Positions 1 to 16,781 are shown, numbered from the stretch's first letter. The stretch: DNA of 64,000 nt from Octopus vulgaris (GCA_951406725.2 OX597831.1:4712001-4776000); one strand, 5' to 3'. The notes: a model not told the origin generated them from the letters alone. A program made the numbers and translations.

Positions 1-28
1 ATATATATATACATATATATATACATAT

Positions 29-103
<75 letters not shown>
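1..103. repeat. compound (TA)n/(CATA)n/(CA)n microsatellite, representative of dozens of similar tracts across the window
   Basis: Directly visible di- and tetranucleotide repeats. Confidence 0.95.
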
Positions 104-108
<5 letters not shown>

Positions 109-1006
109 AAAACATGTCTCGGTATCACCACTCGAGCCACCACCATCATTACTGCCACCAGCGCCACCACTGCGAATACCACCTCCGCTACCTCAGTCAC
201 ATGACTTTCTGACGTATATAGCATCTATCTGAGCCAATTGAACTCCCATTATGAGCGTCTTTGCAACAGCATCTTTTGTAACATCATCTTCGCAACCCTC
301 CATCATCCAGCATCCATCTTGGATAGATCATGAGACGGTAGTGGCGGCGGTGGTGGTGGTGGCGGTGATGCTGCTTGTGGCAGCGGTGTCGGTAGTAGTA
401 GCGGGGAGGGGGAGAGAGATAGGGGAGGTACAGCCTCCCCCCCCCTTCCGTCGGACGCCATATTGCCGACAAGATAACGGTCTAAAAAGGGAGAAAAAGG
501 GCTACAGCGGTCAGCCATCTTAATTTTTCTGCTGCCATTTTCCTTGTTGTGTATTTCTTTCTCTGTTCCGTCATTAAAGTTCACAAAAGCTAAACGGTTT
601 TTCCATTCCCTTATCTTAAATTGGTCCTCCGCAACATCCTCTCCTCCACACCACACACAAACACAAACACACACACACATACACACATACACACACACAC
701 ACACATACAAATATACGCACACACATTTATTTCCTACACAAATAATCATATCCTTTATTTTTTTCCTTTTCTTCTATCATATCGTATTTGCTGCTCCCCT
801 TTCCTTCTTTCTTTCTTTCCTTCCTTTCTTTTTCCTTTCTTTCTTTCCTTCTTTCTTTTCTTCTGTCTATCTCTTTTACTATTTAATCCCACCTCTGTCT
901 CTCTCTCTCTCTCTCTCTCTCATGCATAAATATACATACATACATGCACATGCATATATATATACACAGACACATATAAGTACACCCTAGTATGTATATA
1001 TATGTA

Positions 1007-1076
<70 letters not shown>

Positions 1077-1225
1077 CACCCATACATATACATATATACA
1101 AACACATATATATAAAGAAATATATGTGTAAATACATCTCTCATTATTTGTCCTCCTCTCTTTCTTACTGTAAATTTCTGCAGCATATCCATACTTACGT
1201 ATATGTATGTCTGTATGTATGTATA

Positions 1226-1309
<84 letters not shown>

Positions 1310-1344
1310 CATATATATATACATATATATATATGTACATATAC

Positions 1345-1391
<47 letters not shown>

Positions 1392-1454
1392 CATCGTCTC
1401 TCCTCTCTCTCTCTCTTCCACTCTATATCATTGCCTCTTTCTTCTTTCCGTTCC

Positions 1455-1984
1455 TTTAGCGGTGGTAGTGATGGTCGTGGCAGGAGTTCATTTTCTTTAA
1501 TTAAGGGCTATTTGGCTGCCCTTTCTAGTGGATATTGAGAGCATGCAGAGGCATCCTTCTGATAATGGTATGGTTGTGATAGCGTTGATGGTAGCAATAA
1601 CTACAATAATTGATGTGGTGGTGGTAGTGCCAGTGATTGCACGTATGGTAGCGGTTGTAGTGGTGGTGATTGTAGTAGCGGTGGTAGTTGTGTTGGTGGT
1701 TGTGCTAGTGATTTTCCTGGTAGTGGTAGTAGTGGTAGTAGTAGTAGTAGTTGTTGTGTTGTTGTTTTGGTGGTAGAGTTCTGGTGGTTCTGGTAGTAGT
1801 GGTGATAGTGATGGTGGTGATAATGATAGTAGTAGTGGTAGTGGTGGAGGTGGTGGTTGACAGTGGTGGTAGAGGTGGTGGGAGGTGATAATACTGGTGG
1901 TGGCAGTAGAATTAGGGGTAGCAGTTGTGGTGGTAGTAGTAGTTGTACTAGTATTAATATTATCATTATTATTATTATTATTAT

Positions 1985-2015
<31 letters not shown>

Positions 2016-2016
2016 C

Positions 2017-2075
<59 letters not shown>

Positions 2076-2490
2076 TGCAGGAGTTGTGGTTTGTTCTACG
2101 TCATAATTAACATTACTGATGGCGGTGTTTGATGTGATGGTGGTGGTGGTGGTGGTGGTGGTGGTGGTGGTGGTGGTGGTGGTGGTGGTGGTGGTGGTGG
2201 TGGTGGTGGTGGTGGTGGTGGTGGTGGTGGTGATGGTTGTGGTGTTGGTGGTTGTGGTGTTGGCGGTGGTGGTGGTGGTGGTGGTGGTGGTGGTGGTGGT
2301 GGTTGTGGTGATGGTTGTGGTGTTGGTGGTTGTGGTGGTGGTGGTGTGGTGGGAATAAAAAGGGTTAGGGAAAGCCGAGGGCTAGGGATTCGGCTTACCG
2401 TGATGATGGTGGTGGTGTTGGTGGCACTGGTGCTAATGGTGATGGTAGTGGTAGTGGTGGCGGAATGACGGTGGAGGTGGCTGAGGGTAG
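1455..2490. repeat. GGT/GTA-rich low-complexity tract including (AGT)n and (GGT)n runs
   Basis: Visible trinucleotide runs. ORFs here are poly-V/poly-P/poly-S. Confidence 0.9.
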
Positions 2491-2630
2491 AGGCTGCATC
2501 AGTAAACAAGGGATAAAGGGAATTAATAGAGATTTTGCAAAGGATGAGGTGTATATGTGTGTATGTGCCAGTGCGTGTGTAATATATATACATATATGTA
2601 TATATATATACACATAACTACATATGCATG

Positions 2631-2670
<40 letters not shown>

Positions 2671-2750
2671 TGTGTATGTATTGTAGTGTGTACGCATTTT
2701 GGTTACATAAGAAACTCGTTTCGCAAAGCAGCATATAGTTTGGTAGTTAT

Positions 2751-3169
2751 TACTCTTTTACTCTTTTACTTGTTTCAGTCATTTGACTGCGGCCATGCTG
2801 GAGCACCGCATTTAGTCGAGCAAATCGACCCCAGGACTTATTTTTTGTAAGCCAAGTACTTATTATATCGGTCTCATTTTGCCGAACCACTAAGTTACGG
2901 GCCTAAACACACCAGCATCGGTTGTCAAGCGATGTTGGGTGGGGAGACAAACACAGACACACAAACATATATACACACCCACATATACATACATATACAT
3001 ATATACGAAGGCCCTCTTTTCAGTTTCCGTCTACCAAATCCACTCACAAGGCTTTGGTCAATCCGAGGCTATAGTAGAAGACAGTTGCCCAAGGTGCCAC
3101 GCAGTAGGAATGAACCCGTAACTATGGGGTTAGTAAGCAAGCTACTTGCCGCACAACCACTCCTGCGCC
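2751..3169 (-). mobile_element. tRNA-derived SINE family A (CORE-like body, internal microsatellite, (GTAAAAGA)n tail), full length
   Basis: Minus-strand head GGCGCAGGAGTGGTTGTGCGGCAAG with a B-box-like GGGTTCATTCC. Body CACCTTGGGCAA. Tail GGTGCTCCAGCATGGCCGCAGTCAAATGACTGAAACAAGTAAAAGAG. More than 12 copies in the window. Confidence 0.9.
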
Positions 3170-3736
3170 TATTATGATGATACTAACGTCGTTGTTGTTG
3201 TTGTTGCTGATAATGATGATGACGACGACAACGACGACGAGGACGATGATGGTTATTTTGATGATGATGATGATGATGATGATAACGACGACGACAATAA
3301 TGACGATCGTCGACGTCATCGTCGTCATCACCATCATCATCATCATCATCATCATCATCGTCATCGTCATTATCATCTTCAAAATAAGCATCATCAACAT
3401 CTTCAACACCATCGTCGACATCGCCATCACCATCATCATCATCATCATCAGCTGCTGCAGTAGCAGCAGCATCACGATGAGAATGATGATGATTGTGATG
3501 ATTGTGATGGCGACGATTTTGGATGGTGACTCTCAGGTCGTCGTCTTTATGAACAATATCACGAAAGAGAGAAAAAGAGAAAGGGAGAAAGAATAAAAAA
3601 AAAGAATGGAAGAAAGACCAATGATGATGATGATGATGATGGAGGAATAGCGGGCAAGAACTTCAACGATACAAAACCCTGCACACATGCATCATCATCA
3701 TCATCATCATCGTCATCATCATCATCATCATCATCA

Positions 3737-3807
<71 letters not shown>

Positions 3808-3857
3808 GTTGTTATTATTATTATTATTATTATTGTTATTATTATTATTATTATTAT

Positions 3858-5300
<1,443 letters not shown>

Positions 5301-5749
5301 AATTTAGATGCTTCCAAGAGCGATTACCAACACTACCCAGCTTCCATGATATCATTTCGATAAATCCAAAGTTACTATTAGCGGTTGATTGTATCACAGA
5401 GAAGACGCGGGAAAACGGAAATAGCGAGCAAGATGGCGCCCGTTAGATAGAGTCGAAATTTATGAAGGGAAGGCATGTTTCTCCCACTTTAAACAATTGC
5501 TAAGTTGACGGTGAGACAGGATATAAATTTAAAAAAAAGATAAATAAATAGACAGGGCTTTGTGAAGATAGACTGATAGAGTGAAATAGAAAGTGATAGA
5601 GAGAGAGAGAGAGAGAGGGGGAAATATAGAGAAGAAAAGAGAGAAAGAAAGAAAGAGAGAAAGAGAGAAAGAGAAAGAGCCAAAAGGAAAGAAACATAAA
5701 GGGAGCTAAATATAAATAAAGGGATGTACATACATGCATGTATATATAC

Positions 5750-5820
<71 letters not shown>

Positions 5821-5892
5821 CATTCACACACACACATATACATATATATATGTATGCACAGAAACATATACATATATATATGTGTGTATGCA

Positions 5893-5951
<59 letters not shown>

Positions 5952-6314
5952 GTGTTTGTGTATGTGTATATATAACTTTGAACACATATATACAAGGGAG
6001 TATGTATATTATATTTATATGAATATGTATACACATCTATATGTGTATAAACATGTGTCTGTATGTGTGTGCACGTTTGTAAGTGTATGTTTATGTACAC
6101 AGAAGTTTATACGCATGTGTATATGTATGTGTGTTACTTGTGTGTTTCTGAGTGAAGCCTTGTGTAATAGATATGAAAAGTGAGTCGGGGTGTGGGGGAT
6201 AGTGAGAGAGTGTTGGTGATGGGTTTTTACAGAGATGTGTTTTGCGTTTGTTTCGTTTGGTGGCCTTTTGGTGAGATCGCATTTGTGATTAGCCGTGCTA
6301 AATATCACTGATAT

Positions 6315-6660
6315 TGGTTTCCACCCTAGGCACAAGGCCTTGAACATTTTGGGGGAAGGGGGCCAGTCCATTACATCGACCCCAGTGCGTAACTGGTACT
6401 TATTTCATCGATTCCGTAAAGATGCAAGGCAAAGACAATCTCGTCGGAATTTGAACTCAGAACGTAAAGACGGACGAAATACCGCTAAGCATTTCGCCCG
6501 GCGTGTTAACGTTTCTTATTTCTTTATTGCACACAGAGAGGACAAACAAGGACAGACAAAGAGATTAAGTCGATGACATCGACCCCAGTGCCTAACTGGT
6601 ACTTAATTCATCGACCCCGAGAGGATGAAAGGCATCGTCGACCTCAGCGGAATTTAAACT
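6315..6660 (-). mobile_element. SINE family B (Meta-domain-like), two fused partial copies
   Basis: Reverse complement of GTTCTGAGTTCAAATTCC...GCCTTTCATCC...AAGTACCAGTT...CACTGGGGTCGATG, present twice. Confidence 0.85.
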
Positions 6661-6988
6661 CGCCTTAAATGTGGATAATATTATAACAGTAACAATTAAG
6701 ACGACGATGATGTCGACAACAACAGAAGCTGTAGCAGCAGCAGCAGCAGTGGCAAGTGAAAATTAGTGTCATCTACAGATTTACATAATGTAAATGTTTC
6801 ATTATTATCATTATCATTCCTGATAAACCCCTGTTTATCCTGTTGTTAGCTGCACTCTACGTGCATGGTGCGCCTGCACACCGATGCCAGGGGGTAATAA
6901 AGGTAACGGATACCGATAGTACATACGGATATTTTATCCCTTAGTCGGTTATTATAACCGCTAACTCTGTTTACACTACATATATGTG

Positions 6989-7039
<51 letters not shown>

Positions 7040-7683
7040 GTGATAGGTGAACCGCGATATGCAATAGTAACACAGAATGGTAAAGAAAAGAAAATACCAA
7101 TGTAGAAGATGGCGGACAAATTCTCGAAGAATTACATCATAAATGCCAGACTTTGTTCTCATATTTCGAGGTGCTTGTCTCTAGAGGTTGATGGGCTAGT
7201 TAATAAACAATATACTGGACAAAGTCGACACGATATGATACTGAGTTTGCAGGAGGGGATCCAGCTTGGCCGCAGCCCATTGGAGATTTAACCATTGAAA
7301 TATTATACGATCGCATTATAGTGTGGTATATGTAATAAAAAGAATGTAATTACATGAAAACCGTTTCTGTAAAAACATAACAACTACAGAATATTATTAT
7401 GTTTCGCAGAAGACAAAAGAAGCATCTATCAGATGTGAGTTTCTGGATATTAAATTCATGTTTATAAAACCTCATATTTATTATTTAATATTAATATTTA
7501 TTAACAATTTGTTGTGTGTATTAAACTTGGTCGAAGAATAAAATATACACACACAGAACAAAGAACAAAAACAAAACAAAACAAGAAAATCGAGATGCAT
7601 AAAAATGATGCAAGTATGAAATAAATTGTATTCATACATAAATGCATACAAATATATATATGTATATATATGTAAATACGTGT

Positions 7684-7749
<66 letters not shown>

Positions 7750-7914
7750 TTCCTGGAAAAGAAGAGAAACATGAGAAACATTAATACAAGCTATTAAATA
7801 TGAAACGAAGGTAATAATAGCAAGATCTAAAATAATTGGCCATATAATTGATAAAATGAAGTACAAGAGCTAGTTATAACCTATTATATACCTACGTATA
7901 TATATACACACCCC

Positions 7915-7967
<53 letters not shown>

Positions 7968-7974
7968 GCATACA

Positions 7975-8023
<49 letters not shown>

Positions 8024-8231
8024 GTATACGCATATATATATGTACATATATGTTTTATGTATATATTAATATATATGTATATACTTACGTATATACAAAT
8101 ACATTCACATATATTGTATTATAACTACATAATGTTAGCTGAGATATATATATATATATACGTATATGTATATATATTGATACATTCATAAGGACACATG
8201 CACACACAAATATACACACATACATACATAC

Positions 8232-8285
<54 letters not shown>

Positions 8286-8342
8286 CATACATGTACATAC
8301 ATATACATATATATATATGTATATATATATGCATATATATAC

Positions 8343-8382
<40 letters not shown>

Positions 8383-8516
8383 TTATGCATATATACATAT
8401 ATATGTGTACAAATATATATATATATATACATGTGTGTACAGACTTACATATACATAAATATATATTGATAATCATATATATATAAATATATATATGTAT
8501 GTATATATACATACAT

Positions 8517-8568
<52 letters not shown>

Positions 8569-8825
8569 AAAACATACATACACACATACATACAAAAGGA
8601 CACACATGTATATATGCATGACATATCAGCATAGATCTTTAAACCGAAATGTAAATTGTACTGATACAGAATGACAGGGCTGTTTACTTTTACAAATATA
8701 TTATTTTTTCTTTAATACTGTAAAAATTCCTAAAACGACATACACCCAAATACACATTCGCTCAAAGTCTCATACACACACGGACACCCAGATATAGGCA
8801 CACACACAGAGGCATACATAAGTTC

Positions 8826-8865
<40 letters not shown>

Positions 8866-9269
8866 ATATGTATATATATGTATATATATGTTCTTTGTGT
8901 GTATCAGTATAAGGTGTATATATATTGTATATATTGTTCGTGTGTGTATATAGGTGTTAGTCTGTAGCCATTATATTTATTCGTTTCCAAACATTTAAAA
9001 AGCATTCATCATTTCAGTGCGGGAATATTTCTACTTTATAATTAACGTACCATACAACACCATCGAATAATGTATGTATACTCACACAGACATACACACA
9101 CACATACACACCTACAAATACGCGCCCATACAAACAGATGCAATCACACATGTACACACATACATGTATGTAATATGCATGTTATCCAATGACGCAGACA
9201 TACTCATGTTGTCATGCACACACTTTGTGGTGCACATGTATACGCATGTAAATGTGTTTGTGCGTATGC

Positions 9270-9304
<35 letters not shown>

Positions 9305-9608
9305 TGTTTATGTGTGTGTATATGTAAATATATATATATGTTTATATATGCATATATATGCTCTCACAGATATATATATATAGATGTGTATGTGTATATA
9401 TATGCATATATATATATGCTCATATAAGCTCTCACAGATATATATATAAAGAGAGGGAAAGTGAGGGGTATAGATAGATATATGTTGTTTAGTCTGTGTC
9501 TATGTGCGCGCAAACGTATGAATGTATGCATGTACATATGTATATATATATATACATACATATATACATACATATATATATGTATATGTACATAGATATA
9601 TGTATACC

Positions 9609-9674
<66 letters not shown>

Positions 9675-10214
9675 ACTATATACTTGCATGTTTATACACA
9701 TACAAAGCGACATAAATAAGTATATGTATGTGTGTGCTTCTGCGAGTATGTGCATGTATGTGTATCTGAATGTGTATATGTGTGTATATGCATGTGTACG
9801 TGAGTACATATGTGTTTATATGTACATATTAAAAAAGGCGAGTTTATTAAATCTGTTATTAAACATGGACCATGTTTATTAATAAAATGTAATAAAAAAA
9901 AAGATTACTTTCATATTAGCACACACACACATATACGCACATACTTCCGCACCTATACACACATACACAAACACAGGCTTGTGAATGGTGAGGATGTTGA
10001 TGTATGTACGAAGTTATATCCAAATAAATCTCTATGGTACCCATCCGTTCAATTCTGCATAATACGGATACACCTTCACTAAATAATAAATGGTCCATTT
10101 AACCCAACTTAATAGACTTCCTAGTAAGAACATTTCACAAGGAAAACTTGTATATATACATATACATACACAAATATTTATTTATGTAAGTATGTATGTA
10201 TGTATATAAGAAAT

Positions 10215-10586
10215 GTGAAGGCGCAATGGCCCAGTGGTTAGGGCATTGGACTCGCGGTCGTGAGATCGCGGTTACGAATCCCAGACCGGGCGTTGTGAAT
10301 GTTTATTGAGCGAAAACACCTGAAGTCCCACGAGGCTCTATCAGGTGTTAGGGTGGCGAACCCTGCTGTACTCTTTCATCCCAACTTTCTCTCACTCTTT
10401 CTGCGTGTTTCTGTGGTACTCGTATTTCGAAAGGGCCAGCCTTGACACACTCTGTGTCACGCTGAATCTCCCAGAGAACTACGTTAAGGTTACACGTGTC
10501 TGTGCAGTGCTCAGTTAATTTCCAGAGCAGATGGTTCCGTTGATCGGATCAACTGGAACCCTCGTCGTCCTAACCGACAAAATGCC
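10215..10586 (+). mobile_element. tRNA-derived SINE family C, full length
   Basis: A box TGGCCCAGTGG and B box GGTTACGAATCCC. Body aligns with 55123-55502. Confidence 0.9.
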
Positions 10587-11075
10587 GTATGTATGTATGT
10601 ATGTATGTATGTATGTATGTATGTATGTATGTATGTATGTATGTATGTATGTATGTATGTATGTATGTATGTATGTATGTATGTATGTATGTATGTATGT
10701 ATGTATGTATGTATGTATGTATGTATGTATGTATGTATGTATGTATGTATGTATGTATGTATGTATGTATGTATGTATGTATGTATGTATGTATGTATGT
10801 ATGTATGTATGTATGTATGTATGTATGTATGTATGTATGTATGTATGTATGTATGTATGTATGTATGTATGTATGTATGTATGTATGTATGTATGTATGT
10901 ATGTATGTATGTATGTATGTATGTATGTATGTATGTATGTATGTATGTATGTATGTATGTATATGTATGTATGGTATGTATGTACATGTATGTATGTATG
11001 TAACTATGTATGTATGTATGTATGTATGTATGTATGTATGTATGTATGTATGTTTGTATGTATGTATGCATGCAT
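10587..11075. repeat. (GTAT)n tetranucleotide tract of about 490 bp at the SINE-C 3' end
   Basis: Directly visible. Confidence 0.95.
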
Positions 11076-11120
11076 GGATTTATGTATGTACGTATGTTCA
11101 AAGACGCTCACTGAAGTTAT

Positions 11121-11168
11121 ATCGTCCGATGATCGTTATTTTTTCAATTCATGAAACTTTGTAATGAT
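11121..11168 (+). ncRNA. degenerate minimal hammerhead-like motif (CCGA core variant)
   Basis: ATCGT-CCGATGA-[20 nt, poor stem II]-GAAA-CTTTG-TA-ATGAT. Stem I pairs, stem II does not. Confidence 0.3.
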
Positions 11169-11231
11169 GTTTTCCTTCGCATATAAAGTATACTAAGATG
11201 CATAAGCATAAATATCCATGCATATGTATGC

Positions 11232-11313
<82 letters not shown>

Positions 11314-11479
11314 TTGATTAATGATAGAGTCGGAAGATGGGAGATGCGAGAATGCTTATCATTTATTGATCGCTACAATTGTTTCGACCCATCTTGCATC
11401 GTTGTAGATTTGTAATCACCCGAAGAGACACATCTGCACCGTCGGAATTTACCTGTGACACTAGCAGTAGCAGCAGCAT

Positions 11480-12213
11480 GACCGTAACCACCACCACCAC
11501 CACCACTACCACCACCACCACCACCAGCAACAACAACAACAACAACAACAACAACAGCTATAATGAAAATAACGTTTTGTGAATAATATAAACGTTACTA
11601 TCGCCAGAGAAACCAACACCACCACCACTACCACCACCACTATCACCACCACCACCACCACCACCAGTACCACTACCACCATAACCACCACCACCACCAT
11701 ATCACCACCGCCGCCACCACCACTACTACAACCACGACCACCACCAGCACCACCGCCACCACCAGCACCACCACCACAACCATCACCACCATCGCCACAA
11801 CCACCGTCGCCAACACCACCACCACTACAACCACGACCACCACCAGCACCACTGTCACCACCAGCACCAATGTCACCACCTGCACCACCACCAGCATCAC
11901 CAGTACCAACGGCAATAACAACAACAACAACACTAGCAACAACAGCTACACCACGACCAACAATAACGGTAACCAACACCACCATCGCCCCCACCCCCAC
12001 CACCATCAATCCAACACAAACCATAGCAACAACCTTGATATCATCACCACTAGTATCAGTATCACCAACAGCAACAATACCACTTGCAGTAGTACCACCA
12101 ACACCACCACCAACAACACCACTTGCAGTAATACCACCACCGCCACCAACACCACCTCCACCAACACCATCACCACCACCACCACCACAACCACCACCAA
12201 GAACAACAACAAG

Positions 12214-12259
<46 letters not shown>

Positions 12260-13420
12260 GCAACAATAGCAACAGCAACAACAACAACAAAAACCATAGC
12301 TGCTACACCAAGAATAATAGCAACAATCACAAAAAACAACAACAGCACCATCAACGATAGCAGTTACCATAACCACCATCTCTCCCCCTCCAACACTACC
12401 ACCTCCACTACAGCCACCGTAAAGAACACTAACAACACCTCCTCCACAAACAGCAACACACATCATAAACAACACTTACAATATCTCTACCGCAACCAGC
12501 GAAACCATCCCACCAACAACAACAATAACAAAACCTCCATCACAAACAACAGCTACATCACTACGACGACGACCACCACCACCAACAACAACAACAACAA
12601 CACCCCCCACTACTATTACTACCACCAACACCCCCGCCACCATCACTACTACCATCACCACTACTACCATCACCACTACCACCACCACCACCACCACAAA
12701 TACCACCACTACCACCAACAACAACAACACCAACAACAACATCAACACCACCACCACCATACCATCATCACCACCACTACACACCACCACCACCAACAAC
12801 AACACCCCCCACTACTACTACTACCACCAACACCCCCGCCACCATCACTACTACCATCACCACTACCACCACCACCACCACAAATACCACCACTACCACC
12901 ACCAACAACAACACCAACAACATCAACACCAACACCACCATACCATCATCACCACCACTACACACCACCACCACCAAAACCACCACCACCACCACCACTA
13001 CTACTACTACCACCAACATCCCCGCCACCATCACTACTACCATCACCACTACCACCACCACAAATACCACCACCACTACACACCACCACCACCAAAACCA
13101 CCACCACCACCACCACTACCACTACCACCGCCACCACCACCACTACTACCGTCGCCATAAACAATATTAATAACAATTCTACCACAACGACAGCACCACG
13201 TCCACTTATTGTACGCAACAACAAAAACTCCACCACGAACACGACGCCTCCCCAACACAAACAACAGCAACGACAAAAAACACGCAATAAAAAAACAACA
13301 CTTCTACCGCAAACAACAAATCACCTTCACCACAACCGACAACAACACCTCCAATAGACACAGCTACAACCACAATCACCAGCGCTAACAATAGCACCTC
13401 TTCCACCACCACCACCAGCA
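11480..13420. repeat. ACC/AAC-rich low-complexity tract with an internal higher-order repeat of about 190 bp (about 12595-13090)
   Basis: Visible trinucleotide runs. The block CCAACAYCCCCGCCACCATCACTACTACCATCACCAC recurs three times. Confidence 0.85.
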
Positions 13421-13902
13421 ACTCGCCAAAACCGTAGAATAAGAGGCCAAAGATAGAGTTTGAGAGGTGGAAGCAGAGGTGTGGTGTGAGTGTAGTGATA
13501 AAAACTGTTTGAAATCGTGAGACATCGAACAGTCATTTTTCTAATCATTATAATAATTTCCTCTCCATTATTCTTATCATTTTAGACATCATTTTATCAA
13601 AGGTTCACAGCAGCTTCCGCTTTACATGGCGGCCATTTTGAATTAGCATTCATTGTGCATGTTAGCCTCTGTGTGTATGGGACTGTGTGCTGTAATTTAT
13701 GTATGGAAGCGTGTATGCATGTATATGTGTATGTGCGTTATGTATGACGGGTGTGTGCATATATGTGTAAGCGTGTGTAAGAGTCAGGCTGTCTGTCTAC
13801 CTGTATTTATTTATGTGTGTGAATTTTAATGAAATACTGATAAATTTTAATGCCGTTTTGAAGGCACGCACACATACACATGTGTGTATATATATATACA
13901 TG

Positions 13903-13954
<52 letters not shown>

Positions 13955-14452
13955 TGTGCACGCCTGTGTGTATTTATACACACAGATACGCAAAACGATC
14001 TGGGAAATACCCTCACACATAATGCATATGCATAAACACATAATCACATTTACCCCATACACATATATGCATACACACATAACACTAACACGCCGTATAA
14101 ACATAAGATGGAGACAATATAAACACACCATAAACACACCATAACTTTGATTATCCTTCGCTTATCTGTTGAGCTCTGCTTCGTCTGTTTAGTCATGTTG
14201 TATGTCGTCTGCTCTTTCATTTGATCAAGTCACAAAGACTTGTCTGCTGCTTCCATTTCATCAAATAATACAGAATATCGTCTGCTCCTTCCATTTGGTC
14301 GCATGATAGAGTATGCCTTCTGCTCCTTTTTAGTTCATCGCTAATACAGTCTGTCTTCGACTTCCTGGATTTGATCACGGAATATAGACTGTCGTTTGCT
14401 CTGTCTGTCAGTCTGCCTGTCTGTGTCTCTCTTTCTTGTTCCCTGTCTCTCC

Positions 14453-14524
<72 letters not shown>

Positions 14525-14659
14525 CCATTTCTTTTCCAAGGGAACGACTCATTTAGGGAATTGTAAAATAACACCAAGGTTCTGAAGAGCAAAGAATAAA
14601 GTTTTTATGGTGGGGGCAGAAATAGGTAGAAAAAATGTGTGTGACGTGAAGAATGGTGA

Positions 14660-16080
14660 AAGAGTCAGGAGTGTATTTGTATTTGTTATACTATTTTCAA
14701 TTTCAAACCCAGCACCCTGAATATTTCAGCTCTAACACCCACAGTCTTCACATGTCGGTGGCTTTCTCTCTCTACTTTGTCTTCGTCACTATCTCTTTGG
14801 TTATGGGTTGGGCCCTTGAACAACTAAATTCAATTATTCTGTTTCGCTTTTTAGCCTTGGAAGTTGATAATTAGCTTGTTACTTATTTTATCATTCGTGG
14901 CTTCGTTCAATAGATTTGTTATCAACGTTAGAAAGAGGCAGAAGCGCAGAAGGAATAAATATGTCTTCCCGAAAGATTCCTTTTCTTAATCTTTTGCCTG
15001 TTCAAGGCATTTTCAGAAGTTTGTTCAAAGCATCCATATTTGCTTTCAGACTTTTAACCATTGGTGGTTAATTTGATTAAGTTTGTGGCCAATGTGTGTT
15101 GTTAATTCTATATTAGTTGATATATATTAGTATATATACTCTCTTTTACTCTTTTACTTGTTTCAGTCATTTGACTGCGGCCATGCTGGAGCACCGCCTT
15201 TAATCGAGCAACTCGACCCCGGGACTTATTCTTTTGTAAGCCCAGTACTTATTCTATCGGCCTCTTTTGTCGAACCGCTAAGTAACGGGGACATAAACAC
15301 GCTAGCATCGGTTGTCAAGCAATGCTAGGGGGACAAACACAGACACACAAACACACACACGCATAAATATATACATATATACGACGGGCTTCTTTCAGTT
15401 TCCGTCTACCAAATCCACTCACGAGGCTATAGTAGTTGACACTTGCCCAAGGTGCCACGCAGTGGGACTGAACCCGGAACCATGTGGTTGGTATACAAGC
15501 TACTTACCACACAGCCACTCCTGCATATATATATATAGTTATTCTGGTGGTAGAAAACAATTTCGTATGCATATCATATATGATTCATGGACGCCAGGAA
15601 AATACGTCGATAGGTTAAGTACATGGGTTAAGGACATGCAAATGTTTTCAATAACATTCTCTTTAACTTGTAGTCATGTAGTTGATTTTCGTGTTGTATT
15701 TTAGTTCACTTTCTTTTACGTCTGTTTCTGATTTGTTGAAAAACCTGTCTTGTTTCTTGTGCGGGTAAATTCCATAATATTTTCATTGTGTTTTACGCAC
15801 TGAATTCTCGTAACCGTGGATGTATCTGATGTTGTGCTTATTTTCTTTTATGGAGTCTTAAGCGCTTTGTATGCGTTGGGTTACTTTCAAAGCCTGGTGG
15901 TAGATCACCACGTACAGGCGATTTCCTCATTTTATCTTCAATGTGTATTGTTTCACAATTTTCCCTACTTCGTATGTTTAGATACATTGCAGCTTTTGGT
16001 AGTCTTATTCGCACCATGCAACAAACCCAGTATTTGTAATGGGCCCAAGATGATCTTCTTTTAAAGTTAGCTTGCTTGGC
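14660..16080 (-). pseudogene. highly decayed non-LTR retrotransposon RT region, probably R4/Dong-type, interrupted by a SINE-A
   Basis: Minus strand near 14930-15000 reads RLRKGIFREDIFIP, resembling the RT KGIFQGDSLSP motif. Near 15730-15760 it reads KQDRFFNK. Many stops and frameshifts. Confidence 0.4.
15137..15524 (-). mobile_element. SINE family A
   Basis: Aligns with 2751-3169. Confidence 0.9.
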
Positions 16081-16781
16081 AGTTTTACCAACTTCCCTTC
16101 TGAGAATCGAACGCTGGAGCTAGTGCATTACGGACAGCTCCTGCCATTCTAATGTCCATCTAGATATTGTTATTCTTCATGACAAATTACTATACATTTG
16201 CAAGTACATTTGCACTGATACCCCCTTACTTGTTTTTCTCTTCACAACTCATAGGTCTCGTTTACATTGCTCAAGCGAATTAAGTCGATGTTTAACAATA
16301 ATAGGCGTTTAACACCTTAATCACCATTAGTCTCATATTCTTATTTAACCTTGTTTATCTTTTAAACACTCCGTGTAAGAGACGGGTTTTCTTGTTCGAA
16401 GTTATCCGTATGAGAAGACGGCCATTTTGAACCACGTGACATAAGCGCTCCCTCTATTACTGTGAACGCCATAAACTCACGCCACCAAATACGTCAAACA
16501 TTCTCACTTAGTGGGTTCGGCTTTTGTTGTTGTTTTAATATATACATGGACTAAATGGCTTTCTCATTAAATAACGTTATTTTTCGTCTCTTGAATTTCG
16601 AATGGAAAATGTCTTGACTCAAATAATCATTAGTCTCTTGTTTCTTCATATGTTATTACACAACTGCATGCATATATGTATGTATGTATCTATGTATTAT
16701 GTATGTATGTATGCGTGTGTATGTATGTGTGTATGTGCGTATGTATGTATGTATGTATGTATGTATGTATGTATGTATATA

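Noticed and set aside
7109-7291. 60-aa ORF MADKFSK with good start context
   Set aside because: Short, with no recognisable similarity or clear splice continuation.
11408-11458. Possible exon ICNHPKRHIC resembling a C-type lectin C-x7-C end
   Set aside because: Too short, no other lectin exons were found, and it is compatible with chance.
11579-13357. 592-aa Pro/Thr/His-rich ORF resembling a mucin or extensin
   Set aside because: It arises from ACC/AAC repeats that lack stop codons. It has no ATG start, its internal repeat units are read in different frames, and it has no domain.
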